Below the pieces are notes generated by a model that had not been told where the DNA came from, did no database searches, and saw only the letters and a list, made by a program, of their open reading frames with translations. Positions 1-10,695 of a DNA stretch of 64,000 bases are shown one piece after another. The DNA lies in contig NC_089436.1 of NCBI RefSeq assembly GCF_026210795.1, forward strand, positions 2,418,001 through 2,482,000. The letters run 5' to 3'. Source of the DNA: Rhizophagus irregularis. Taxonomy: Eukaryota. Position 1 is the stretch's first letter; every line of letters begins with the position of its first letter. A program made the position numbers and the translations under genes.

Positions 1-305
1 GTCAAGAACGGGTTCAGCACAAGCTAGCTCATCAAATAGCATAATAATTTAACAAAAAATTTAAGTCTGACTATTCCGCCCTGCCAGGAATTTTATAAGT
101 CTAATAAGAAATATATATCAGAAATTGGCTTCGTATTGGCTAACTCCTTATCTAATACATTATTTATTTAAGTCTAACGATTCTGTCCTGCCAGGAAATT
201 TATTAAATCTAACAAAAAAACAAATATCTTTCTATAAAATCCATGGAATTGTCCCAACTTTTCCTTAGTCAAGAATGGGTTCAGCATAGGCTAGTTCATC
301 AAAAT
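1..305. repeat. Dispersed short direct repeats next to the Maverick-like region
   Basis: GTCAAGAAYGGGTTCAGCAYARGCTAGYTCATCAAA at 1-36 and 268-303; TAAGTCT.AC.ATTC.G.CCTGCCAGGA at ~62-89 and ~169-196. Confidence 0.7.
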
Positions 306-451
306 AGTATATTAATCATAAAACTTTAACGAAAAAATATGCTTTGCGCCTCCAGCTAAAAAGCAAGTCTAACAAAAATTTAGTAAATACCCATTGGATA
401 TTACGCTCAAAATTCTGGTTAAAATTAAGATAAAGTGCTAGCCGAAATGAT

Positions 452-688
452 CTATCCATTACTTTCTTGTATCTTTGATCAAAGCCTGTCATAATACTGA
501 ATAACATAATAGCCTCTAACATGTAACGGGTATCAGCCACAAGCAGAAGCTGTAGGTTTCCTGCAATCAGAACATGGTATCCATTTTTTAGCTTTCCAAT
601 GAAATCAGCAACTTTCTGGGTAAATGCAAGGGTTATTGCAAGCCTTTCCAGTATTACAAAGATACAAATATGAATATTCACCAATCAT
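452..688 (-). pseudogene. Small Cys-rich (putative zinc-binding) protein, ~78 aa, interrupted by three TGA codons
   Basis: Manual translation, in a different frame from the listed 316..684 ORF: MIGEYSYLYLCNTGKACNNPCIYPESC*FHWKAKKWIPCSDCRKPTASACG*YPLHVRGYYVIQYYDRL*SKIQESNG*. It has CxxC and other Cys/His motifs, and all internal stops are TGA (compatible with CGA). Confidence 0.6.
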
Positions 689-899
689 CCTATTTTTTAA
701 CACTAAAATTCAAAAGATTAATTAATAAATAGTTAATACTTAAGTTTCATAATAACTTAAAACCGTTTTGGCAAGCCTGTAAATACCACCTTTGGTGACA
801 ACTCTATAACCGGAAACTGAAAAGAATAGGAAATAATTAATTAAAAAAAAAATTTTATAAGCATGTAATAGCGTGACGATTAGAGTTAACTGATATACC

Positions 900-3800
900 A
901 AATATCTGATGTTTATCCAGAATATATAGAAGAATTTAGTATAAAGATATCTGATTTCAATCCAATTAGTCTTACTGCCTATATACCACAGGTCGAAAAG
1001 TGAAAAATCAGGCATCAATCAGTCACCAATCGGTCACCAATCAGGTACCTGATTGGTGACCGATTGGTGCCTGATTGGCATTTTCGCTCGATCACCAATC
1101 AGGCAGTTTGCTAACTTTTGATCTAGTAATCAGAAAATGATGAAATATAGCTCATTGGAATCGTCTCAACAAGACGAATCTAATGGTAGTAAAATCGCAT
1201 TTCTAGGATTAATACATGATGAGAAATTAAATAAAATATAAAAATGAAAATGTATCATTTATATTTTATTTAATTTTTTATTAACTATTAATCCTAAAGA
1301 TGCGATTTTACTACCATTAGATTCGTCTTGTTGAGACGATTCCAATGAGCTATATTTCATCATTTTCTGATCACTGGATCAAAAGTTAGAAAACTGCCTG
1401 ATTGGTGACGGTATTTGGCGAAAATGCCAATCAGGCACCGATTGGTGCCTGATTTTTCACTTTTCGACCTGTGTACCTTTGCCAGAAACTTAGCCAAAAT
1501 GTAATTAATATTCAAAATAATGATGACTGGTATTTCGGGTGGAGTATTCTAGGAGCTTTGCATCATGTAAAAGTTCATACAGAGAGAAATCCACATCGGC
1601 TATATAGAGGTTTCATGGAGGAAGTTAATATGGAAGACATCCCAATTCCAATACCGGTCTCAATACCAGTTTATAAAAAGTTCGAAGAAAATAATTCTGA
1701 AATCAGTCTATATGTCTATGAATGGCACAATCAGAATGAATGTCTTGAATTTCGCTATGTTTCAGAAAGAAGAGGAGATGAATATAAGCAAGTAAATCTT
1801 CTAGTAATTAGTACGAAAGAAGAAAGAAGTCATTACTGTATTATTAAAGATTTACATAAGCTAGTATACAATCATAGCAAACATAAAGGGCGAAAATACC
1901 TCTGCCGTTATTGTCTCCATATATACTCTTCAGAGATAAAATATAATGAATATTTGCCAAAATGCAAGGGTCTAAATAATACCTCCCAGCGATCACAAAT
2001 GCCAGTTAAGAATAAAAGTATTAAAGCTTTTTATAACTATAAATGCATGCAACCAAATTCATATCGCATTTTCTAGGATCTTGAAATGTTGACTGAAAAA
2101 CTAATTTCAAAAAAGAAAATGAAGTTAACCCACACAGAAAGATTACAGATGCACAAGCTGTGTGGCCATTACTATGTAGTTGTTCGTATGGATAGTTCAC
2201 TCAACTATGAAATCATAAGTTAAGATTTATATAGGGGTCCAGATGCGCTTGAAAGATTTGTTACAAAAATCGAGAAGGAGCTGGCAAACATACAGAAGGA
2301 TTTATCTGTGCCTGCAGAAATGATAATGGCACTAAGAGATCTTAAAGTATACAATGAGGTGACAGAATGCTGGATTTGCAAGGGACCTTTTTTAAAACCA
2401 GCACCAGAGATAGTACAAAAACTTAAAGAAGCAAAGCATAATTTATTAGAAATCAAAGAATAGGAAACATGCATAGAAAAAGAACATTCTAAAAAGAAAG
2501 AGTTACAGAAAAGATATCGAGAAGCTTTAAATGTATTTAATCGAAAAGTAAAGGATCATGATCATATAAATGGAAAGTACTGAAGCCCAGCTTATGACTC
2601 TTGTAATAAAAAATTGTGAATAGGCTCTTTCAAAACCAAAGTGCCTCTTATATGTCATAATTTTTGGGAATATGACTCTCATCCGCTTATGAAAGTTGTG
2701 AACAAGTTTACGGCTGATAAGCTAAATTGCATCCCAGAGAATATAGGAAAGTACAAAGCTATGGATGTTAGCCAGCTCCGATTTCTTGATAGCTTTCAGC
2801 ATATGGAAATAGGATTAGATAAATTAGTAAAATGTCTAGAAGGAAAACTCGAAAAATTCACCCTAACTGTTAGGTACTTTACTGAGAAAGACTATTCAAT
2901 AGATAAGATTAAGCTTCTTTTTTGAAAGGGCGTTTTCCCATATGACTGAACAAATGCATAGGAAAAATTCGACAGAATAAGCCTTTTATCTAGAAAGGAC
3001 TTCTACTCACTTCTTAGTCAGCAAAATATTAGTAAAGAGGATTATGAACATGCTCATCAAAAGGTATGAAAAATATTTGAGATAAAGAACTTTGGAGAAT
3101 ATCATGATCTTTATCTTGAGACAGATGTACTTTTACTTGCAGATATTTTTATAAACTACACTATCATGTGCTTGAAAGATGACGGCTTAGATCCCTCTCA
3201 TTATGTTTCAACACTTGAAATGTTTAATGATTCTCTTTACAAAAGTAGCAGGGCAGAACTCAAACTCATGACAAATATGGATGAATATCTAATGGTAGAA
3301 AATGGCATTTGTGGTGGAATGACAATGGTAAGTCATTGATACGCCAAAGCAAATAATCTGCAATATCCAGACTATGAATCCAGTAAACCGAAGTTCTGGA
3401 TCTTATATGAAGATATGAACGCTTTATATTCAGGTGCGATGATCCAATATATGCCTACAGAAATCTTAGGTAAAGTAACTCCAGAGAAAATACCAGATAT
3501 TCAAAGCATAGCGCCAAATGCAGAAATAGGCTATACACTAGAAGTTGATCTAGAAGTCCCAGTGCACTTGCATGATTTCTTTGCAGATTACCCATTAGCA
3601 CCCAAAAAGCAGATAGTTCCAGAAGACTGGCTTAGCTTGTATAATGAAAAGTTAGTCAATGATAAAAAAGTCAGGGGTGGAAAATACATGTTTGGAGAGA
3701 AGTTAGTTCAGATCTTTTTTACTAAGAAAAATTATGTAGTTCACTATTGAACTCTCCAGACATATATAAAGTTCAGAATGAAAGTTGCAAAGATTCATAG

Positions 3801-4041
3801 CACTCTCAAGTTCAGGCAGTCTTCATAGATGAAAGATTATATTGAGAAAAACATTCGCAAGCGTAAAATTGCTAAAGCTAATAGGGACGAATTTGGGGTT
3901 ATGTATTATAAGCTAAAGAATAATGCAGTCTTTGGTAAACAGATGGAAAATGTTTGTAAACATATGAAAGTAGAACTACTTCAAATAGAAGAGGATAAAA
4001 AAATCAGGCGCTTAGCAAGTTCACCATTGTATGTAAATTGA
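900..4041 (+). pseudogene. polB: Protein-primed family B DNA polymerase (Maverick/Polinton-type) with endonuclease VII-like insert; many stops, 3'-truncated
   Basis: INIQNNDDWYFGWSILGALH, HYCIIKDLHKL, ExoI DLE, CWICK...KDHDHINGKY*SPAYDSCN (endo VII-like), ExoII HNFWEYDSH, FLDSF, ExoIII YLETDVLLLADIF, motif A YEDMNALYSGAM, motif B KLKNNAVFGK. Motif C (YxDTDS) is absent because of truncation. Confidence 0.9.
987..1473. mobile_element. Foldback MITE with CACAGG termini and 3-bp TSD (TAC), CMC/CACTA-like, inserted in polB
   Basis: CACAGGTCGAAAAGTGAAAAATCAGGCA at 987 and its reverse complement ending at 1473; TAC at 984-986 and 1474-1476; internal arms ~1100-1240 and ~1260-1410 are inverted copies. 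Removing the element and one TSD restores ...NPISLTAYIPLPET. Confidence 0.93.
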
Positions 4042-4149
4042 GATAACTGCATAGTCTAGTCATTTTGGCCAGAAGCGCATTGCATATATAATCCTATATT
4101 TGCTCATGCTTCATTGTGATATTTTTTTAGAGCTAATTTATGTCAACTA

Positions 4150-4450
4150 CTACCTAATTTAAATTGATTTGTGATCATATAAAAAGCAACATGACCAAGT
4201 CCGATAAAATATTAACTCCTGAATATCTGGATTGGCATGCCAAATTAAGTGGGTTACCGAGCATTTTGACGGATAAGATTTGTTCCAGCTTATACAAAAA
4301 ATATAAAAGAGAAATGGGACTTGAGCCATTGCAATTATCAGAAGGTCACCTTCTCGTAAATTCAAAGCCAGAAAGCTAAGTATCTGATCTATCTTTTTCT
4401 GAGCAATGTGAAGAAAAAGGGCCTATCACTTTTGAAGCCAAACCCGATCC
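4150..4450 (+). pseudogene. Fragment of an unknown protein between polB and the CMC transposase
   Basis: Protein-like frame LICDHIKSNMTKSDKILTPEYLDWHAKLSGLPSILTDKICSSLYKKYKREMGLEP; no recognisable domain. Confidence 0.35.
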
Positions 4451-4457
4451 AGAATTA

Positions 4458-6343
4458 AACCCGAAAATATTATTTACTTAGGTTTTTTGCCAGGATCGAA
4501 AGAAGTAGGGTTGGAACGTATTAACCATTATTTAGCCCATATTGTGGATGAGCTTTTAGAACTCTGGAAGGGCTGGAGAGTTCCAAAGACCTACCAATAT
4601 ACTGAAGGTTTAGACATAAAAGTTGCATTAATTATTGGATCATCAGATACACCAGCAACACGAAAGTTATTTGGGCATGGCTCAGCAGTAATGAAATGTC
4701 ATAGGTGTGAAAAGCGTAGTACTTATAGTGAAGTTTATAAAAAAACTCATTATGGAAGAATGCAAAAATATGATAAATGGGTAACAAATCCCATAAATCC
4801 TTCATTACATAGGCAATATGCTCATGAATGGTCGCAATGCAATTCGAAGTCCTCCAGAGATACACATTTTAAAGAACATGGTGTAAGGTAGAGCGAGTTG
4901 CTTCGCTTACCATATATGGATCCCATAAGATTTGCCGTAGTGGATCCAATGCATTGTCTTTTTCTAGGTATAGCAAAATGAATAATCAAATCCATTTTCA
5001 TTAATCAAAATAAGTTAAGCATGGAGCAACTTCGAATTGCACAAAAGAGAATGGATTATATTGAATTACCTTCTGATATCGGTAGAATCCCCCCAAAAAT
5101 TGCAATTAGAAATGAAGGTTTTTCAAATTTAATTGCTGATCAATGAAAAACTTTTATTATGATTTATTCCACGCTTATACTATGGAACATGCTAGATAAT
5201 AATAATAGAAAGATCTTAGGACATTTTGTTCGAGCATGTAATCTTTTAGTAGCAAGATTTATTACAGAAGATGATCTGAGAGAAGCGCAAGAGAGGTTGA
5301 AAGACATGGCTCACCTTATAGAAAGAACATATGGGCCAGAATTTATAACAAGCAACATACACCTTGCACTTCATATTCCCGACTGTTGCCGTGACTATGG
5401 TTCCATATATAGTTTTTGGCTTTTTCCATATGAGAGACTTAATGGATATATTGGTAAGATGTTTGTTGTTATGTTAATATTTTTTAAAAATAAAGAATAC
5501 AAATAAATCTATTATTATTATCCAGGATCATACCCTAATAGTAATCGACAAATAGAGCCTGAACTTATGCGAATCGTTCTTAAGAATACTTTAATAGATT
5601 ATCATTTATCTTATAAATGGTCATCTAGTCTTCTAAAAGAATCTCTTAGTCTTATTATGCCAAAGAAAGCTGTGGGTAGTTTGGCATTTACGGCAGAAAA
5701 GGATGAGTTACAACACTTTTTGTCCATGAGACATAATACATCTACGTTTTCCAAAATATATGGTACTGAGAAATTACCGGGTCAAATGCTTAATCCTTCA
5801 TGTTTCAAAGTTATTATACCTTTAGAATTGCGTAGATTTCTATGTGAATGGTATTCTATATTATATGAAAAAGAACAAAATGAAATATTAGGATTTATGA
5901 ACCTGGTAATTGATCAACACGCAAGATTACAAATTGGTGCTGAAATATTTGGATCTATGATTTCGGGTCATCAAGAAAAAAATGTAACTATTCTTGCAAA
6001 ATGGAAAGCGTCTAATGATGATTCAGTTGATATATACCCAGGAGATGTTTAATATTATTTTGAACATACACTTAGATTACCTGAAGGACCAAGAAAACAT
6101 CTTCTAGCATATGTTAAGTGGTATAAAAGTGCACCTTCCTCTGATATCCGGTTTAAACATAGATTCATAGAACCAGAGATATCAAATACCGAACTATGGC
6201 AAGCTGAATACTTTCAGGAAGGTTGTGATTCAATAATAGCTGTTCATAGAATACTATGTAGAGCTACAAAATTCAAAAGTGTGTGCGTAGGAAAAAGGAA
6301 ATATTTGTCAATAATACCATTAAATAGAAAATTTAATTTATAG
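4458..6343 (+). pseudogene. CMC (CACTA/EnSpm/Mirage, Transposase_21-type) DDE transposase, 5'-truncated, intron 5454-5525
   Basis: PENIIYLGFLPGSKEVGLERINHYLAHIVDELLELWKG, SSDTPATRK, CHRC, VDPMHCLFLG (DxxH), NIHLALHIPDC..DYGSIYSFWLFPYERLNG. The GT-AG intron joins to GSYPNSNRQIEPELMR. Four in-frame stops; terminal TAG at 6341-6343. Confidence 0.9.
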
Positions 6344-7195
6344 ATTTCTTTAAAAATTAACATTTCATTGTATTACATTCGATAATAAAGGTAATACGGT
6401 CATACAGAATACAATAATAAAATTTCCTTTTATAATAATTAAAATTGATCATCACACCAAAATCATAAATTGCTAAATTTGTTAAGTGACAATATTAAAT
6501 TTTGCTCGTAGACAAAGTCAAAATTAACCTTATATAGAATAAAGATCTACCGATGATTAATTCGCGATTAATATTTAATTATGCAGACGCAAATTTTTAC
6601 AATTACTTTACAATTAAAATTGATTGTATGCAAATCATGTACGAAATACATTAACATTATTAAATAACAATCATTGGTATCATACCGCACCGATAATCGG
6701 TCGGTGTCGGTCATAATTGTATTTGTAAAAAAATAAAATTTAAACAAAGACTGATTTAATAAATTTATAAATTTTTTTCTCGTGACGTTCACTCAACTTG
6801 CAAGGAGAATATTTAATTTATTTACACTGGATATATTATAGTTCTTAAAATTGTTTTCTGTATAATGAATTTAATGATATAATACTTGTATCATTTAATT
6901 GTGTAATACCTGTATCAATTAAACATATCAATTTAATTGATTACTTTAAAACTGATTTTTTTAAGAGTATACAAAATTATTTCTCTGATTCGTAATACAG
7001 AAATAATAGAAATAATCACAATTAAGATCAAATTATATTATGATTATGCGCAGAAAAGTGGTATATTTTTTTACATAAATAAGGCAATTATCGAATTTTT
7101 TTTATTTATCTTTTTAACCCAATTTTTCATCATAATAAATCAATCTTTTTAACTCAATTTTTTATCATAATAAATCAATTTTTTATTTATAATAA

Positions 7196-7780
7196 ATGGC
7201 CAACCTTAATATTTTAAACGTCAACATAAATAACGTACTTTTCAACTGGCCGTTCGATGCCACCAGGGCATTAATTAGGTAAATTTGTATAACTGATAAA
7301 TCTTACAATAAAAAAAAAATGGAAAGTTAAAATGGTAACTTTATTTATACTAATTAGATACCGGCGCTTGTACCATGATGTTTTTGAGGATCGTTCGATC
7401 CGAGATCATTCAATAATATGGGCAAGAATAGCGAGGAGAATAAGCAACAATTATAACTTTATTGTCACCCAAAATCAATGCCGCAATAAATGGAGGGCAT
7501 TGAAGAGAGGTGAATCTTTTACCATTTGTAATTAATTTGTGAATATTAGTAAATACTTTATTAATATATTTAATTAATAATAGGTTTTGAAAATTTGACC
7601 AGGATTAATAATGGTTTGTATATTTGAGGTTAACGTTAAATTTCTTAACCAATTCACATAAAACCAATTTTATTTATTTTAGGGAATCCTGATAGTCACC
7701 CGATCCACTCTTCCAACAATTACGATATTCGCTTTTTTAATGAATTAAGCGATGAATTCTGGCTGCAAACTAGTAATTGA
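7196..7780 (+). CDS. Spliced Myb/SANT (trihelix/MADF-like) DNA-binding protein, probable transposon second gene
   Basis: Exons 7196-7278, 7358-7509, 7584-7613, 7683-~7780 with GT-AG introns give MANLNILNVNINNVLFNWPFDATRALIRYRRLYHDVF...WARIARRISNNYNFIVTQNQCRNKWRALKRGFENLTRINNGNPD...; spaced Trp residues and QCxNKWxxLK. A further 3' exon is possible. Confidence 0.75.
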
Positions 7781-7944
7781 TTCGATCTTAATTATGATAC
7801 TTTGTATATATTACTGATTCATTAAATTATATTTACATTTTTTTCTTTTTATTTGAGACAGATTACGCAGGGCGTACCTGCAGCAGAGAGTGGATCGATG
7901 GACCTATAGGTATAGGGAATGACGCCAGCATCGTTTTCGAAGCC

Positions 7945-8290
7945 GTAGCAGCAGCAGCAATAGCAGCAGCAGCAGCAGCGATCGGAGAAGGAGAAGAAAA
8001 AATAGAAGATGAAGAAATAGAAGAAGAAGAAATAGGAATTAAGGTAAATACTAATTAATCATGAATTTATAATTAGATGGATATATATCACTAATGCGTA
8101 AAACTATAATCTTATTCCATGAATTTTGCGAAAAATAGACCCTCCCTTCCTTTCATTTTCCCTTCCCTTCCTTTCCCCTTCCCCTTCTCCTTCACTTTCG
8201 TTTCCCCTTTACCTTTCGTTCTCCCCTTCCCCTTCCCCTTCCCTTCCCTTTCGTTTTCCCCTTCTCCTTCCCCTTCTTCTTCCCTCCTGA
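7945..8290. repeat. Low-complexity tracts: (GCA)n, (GAA)n and a polypyrimidine (TTCCCC)n-like run
   Basis: GCAGCAGCA at 7947-7979, GAA-rich 7985-8035, almost pure C/T at 8140-8288. Confidence 0.85.
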
Positions 8291-9226
8291 AATCGTCATT
8301 TTTAATCTTTTATTTTAGTTTATTATTTTTATTATATTTTTTATTATAATAATAAACAATATTCTTATATCAAATTTTCTTATTTTTTAATATAATATTG
8401 TTAATTGGTTTTTGATTTTTGGGCTTATAAAAAACAACTGATAAACATAAAAGCTATGCGGGTAAACAAAAATGATAATCCTTAATCTTCATTATTATGC
8501 CATCTAGAATCTATATAATTAAAACATTTAGTCTGTATAAATAAATTATAATTGCGACCATCGCCCGTGATCTATTATAAGCTTATTAATCAATTAATAC
8601 CCGATGCAAAGCAGCGGCTAAATTTATTCATATTGGATATTGGATGTATATCACGTATGATTATTCAATCAGATTATTTTGAAATATAAATTTATCAACG
8701 TAATTTTATTTATGTCACGTCGATGTTGTTTAAGATAATAAAAAAATTAATTCTGTAATATTTAAAAATATTAAAAATGATATAAAATTATATACATAAA
8801 TAAAAAAAATTCTCAATAATCATTAATAAGTTCGTCCAATAAATAATTACATCAATAATATTATAAATCAACTTAATTCTCCAATAACAGATAATCATCA
8901 TTGTTATTGATATATATTAACCAATTAGGATCATTATGATTATATGCATGTGATATCTAAAAATAGATAAAATCGTGTGATTGTTTTTTTGTTTATTTTC
9001 AATTCTTTTCTTATTAAAACTTACAAAAATGTACCCACCAACTCATTCAAAAGAAAAGAATAAAAGAAAGGAAATAATATGCCCACCTACCCACATACAA
9101 AAAAGAGAAAAGCCGATTTAAAATAAATAGTGGAGCTGTTAAGCAAGGTATGAAAATAGGATATACACGTATTTTTCATATTTTTCTTTACAATATGTTG
9201 TGGTTTGAGTCTTTCTTTGTGGTATA

Positions 9227-9387
9227 AGTGTGAATATATTTTTCAACGGCCATGTATCTATTGCTTGTTAAATATATTTGCAATTTCTTGTCTTTCTTTG
9301 TTAGACTGTGGTATTACAATATGAAGTGTGAATATATTTTTCAACGGCCATGTATCTATTGCTTGTTAAATATATTTGCAATTTCTT
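9227..9387. repeat. Near-tandem duplication of ~63 bp
   Basis: AAGTGTGAATATATTTTTCAACGGCCATGTATCTATTGCTTGTTAAATATATTTGCAATTTCTT at 9227 and 9324. Confidence 0.9.
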
Positions 9388-10695
9388 TTGTAATATTTGC
9401 TTTAGCCTGGAGGAAAATGTTATGAAATAGGGCTGGATATTTTATGACATTTTCTGCCTTCCAATTACTTTGTCCGGGGGTAGCCTGACAATTTGTCGTT
9501 GTCCGTTAGTTGTAGCAACCAGCATTTTTTTACAATATTATGATTTTAAGAAACAAAACTTTTTCAAAAATTTAATAAAGAAAGAACTAACTTAAAAATA
9601 TTATTTTATTATTCTTTACAAAACGCTGGCGCTGGAGTTATTTTTTCTCTCACTTATCAAATCCCAACATGTCCAAAAACTAATCATGTAGTACGCTGTA
9701 GTCTGGAACACCCGAGGTTTTTGACTACCTAGAGATGAAGTTGTAGGGTACTTCTGCCCGATAGGCTAGCCTCCTCTGACTTAAGGTCTTATTAATCGGA
9801 GAAGAGGTGGTTCCTAAGTACCTTCCACATCAAGAGCGGACATTTTTTGATACTGTACATCAAGGCGGTAATCCTATATCTGCGAATTCAAGAAAAAAAA
9901 TCTAAATCAAAAGAATTTGGAACCAACACATGTCAAGGTAATTTAAGCATTCTTTTTAAAAAAATTTAATCAAAGATTAATTTGGTTTATATACAGTAAA
10001 CCCAAGGAAAAAGAAGATATAATGTATTTTCAGAAGAATATGATAGTAACGCATATCAAGGTAACTTAAATATTTATTTTTTATTTTATTAAAAAAATAT
10101 AATAACAAGATCTATTTTCTCTTTAAATAGCAAACTTCGAAAAAGGAAGTGGAATAAAACTGGAATAAATATAAAGGTATATCAGATATTTTTTACTAAT
10201 TTTTATTTATATTATTAATATTTTTTTTAACACTCTTTCTTTTTTCTAATCTAACGATTATTTCTACTAATACTACTAAACATACTAACATTTTCTATCC
10301 ATTTTATTTTTCTTTTTTTTTACTAACATTTTCTAATACCATTCCTTTTCTTTAACAATTTCGTTTAACATTATTCATACTAATATCTTTATTACTAAAA
10401 TACTTTACTATTTCTATTTCTTTCTTTTAAATATTAAACAGATAAAAATATGCAGCAAATAAGTGAATACATTATTTTATACATAATTCTAATTTTTTAT
10501 ACAGCTAGAATAATTTTTATGATTTTTTGTAATTTTATTTATTTGTAATTAATTAACAATTAAATAAATAAATTAATATTATAATTGAATTTAAATTATA
10601 AATTTATTAGCATTCATATTATTGCATTAAATAAATATTATTTTTGATATGCGTTCAATAATAAAATCAGTAAATTATAGCTATTAGTCTATTAA

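Noticed and set aside
316..684. 122-aa minus-strand ORF as a real gene
   Set aside because: An overlapping frame (452-688) gives a more coherent Cys-motif protein; this ORF looks like a shadow frame.
4050..4056. CATAGTC as the left TIR matching GACTATG at 15150-15156
   Set aside because: Only 7 bp match, with no subterminal repeats and no TSD, and the transposase N-terminus is missing. Probably chance.
452..6343. Alternative genetic code (TGA read-through)
   Set aside because: Stops include TAG and TAA as well as TGA, replace different inferred residues (Arg, Trp, Gln) and accompany frameshifts. Mutational decay explains them.
8119..8349. Pro/Phe/Ser-rich ORF
   Set aside because: Product of a polypyrimidine low-complexity tract.
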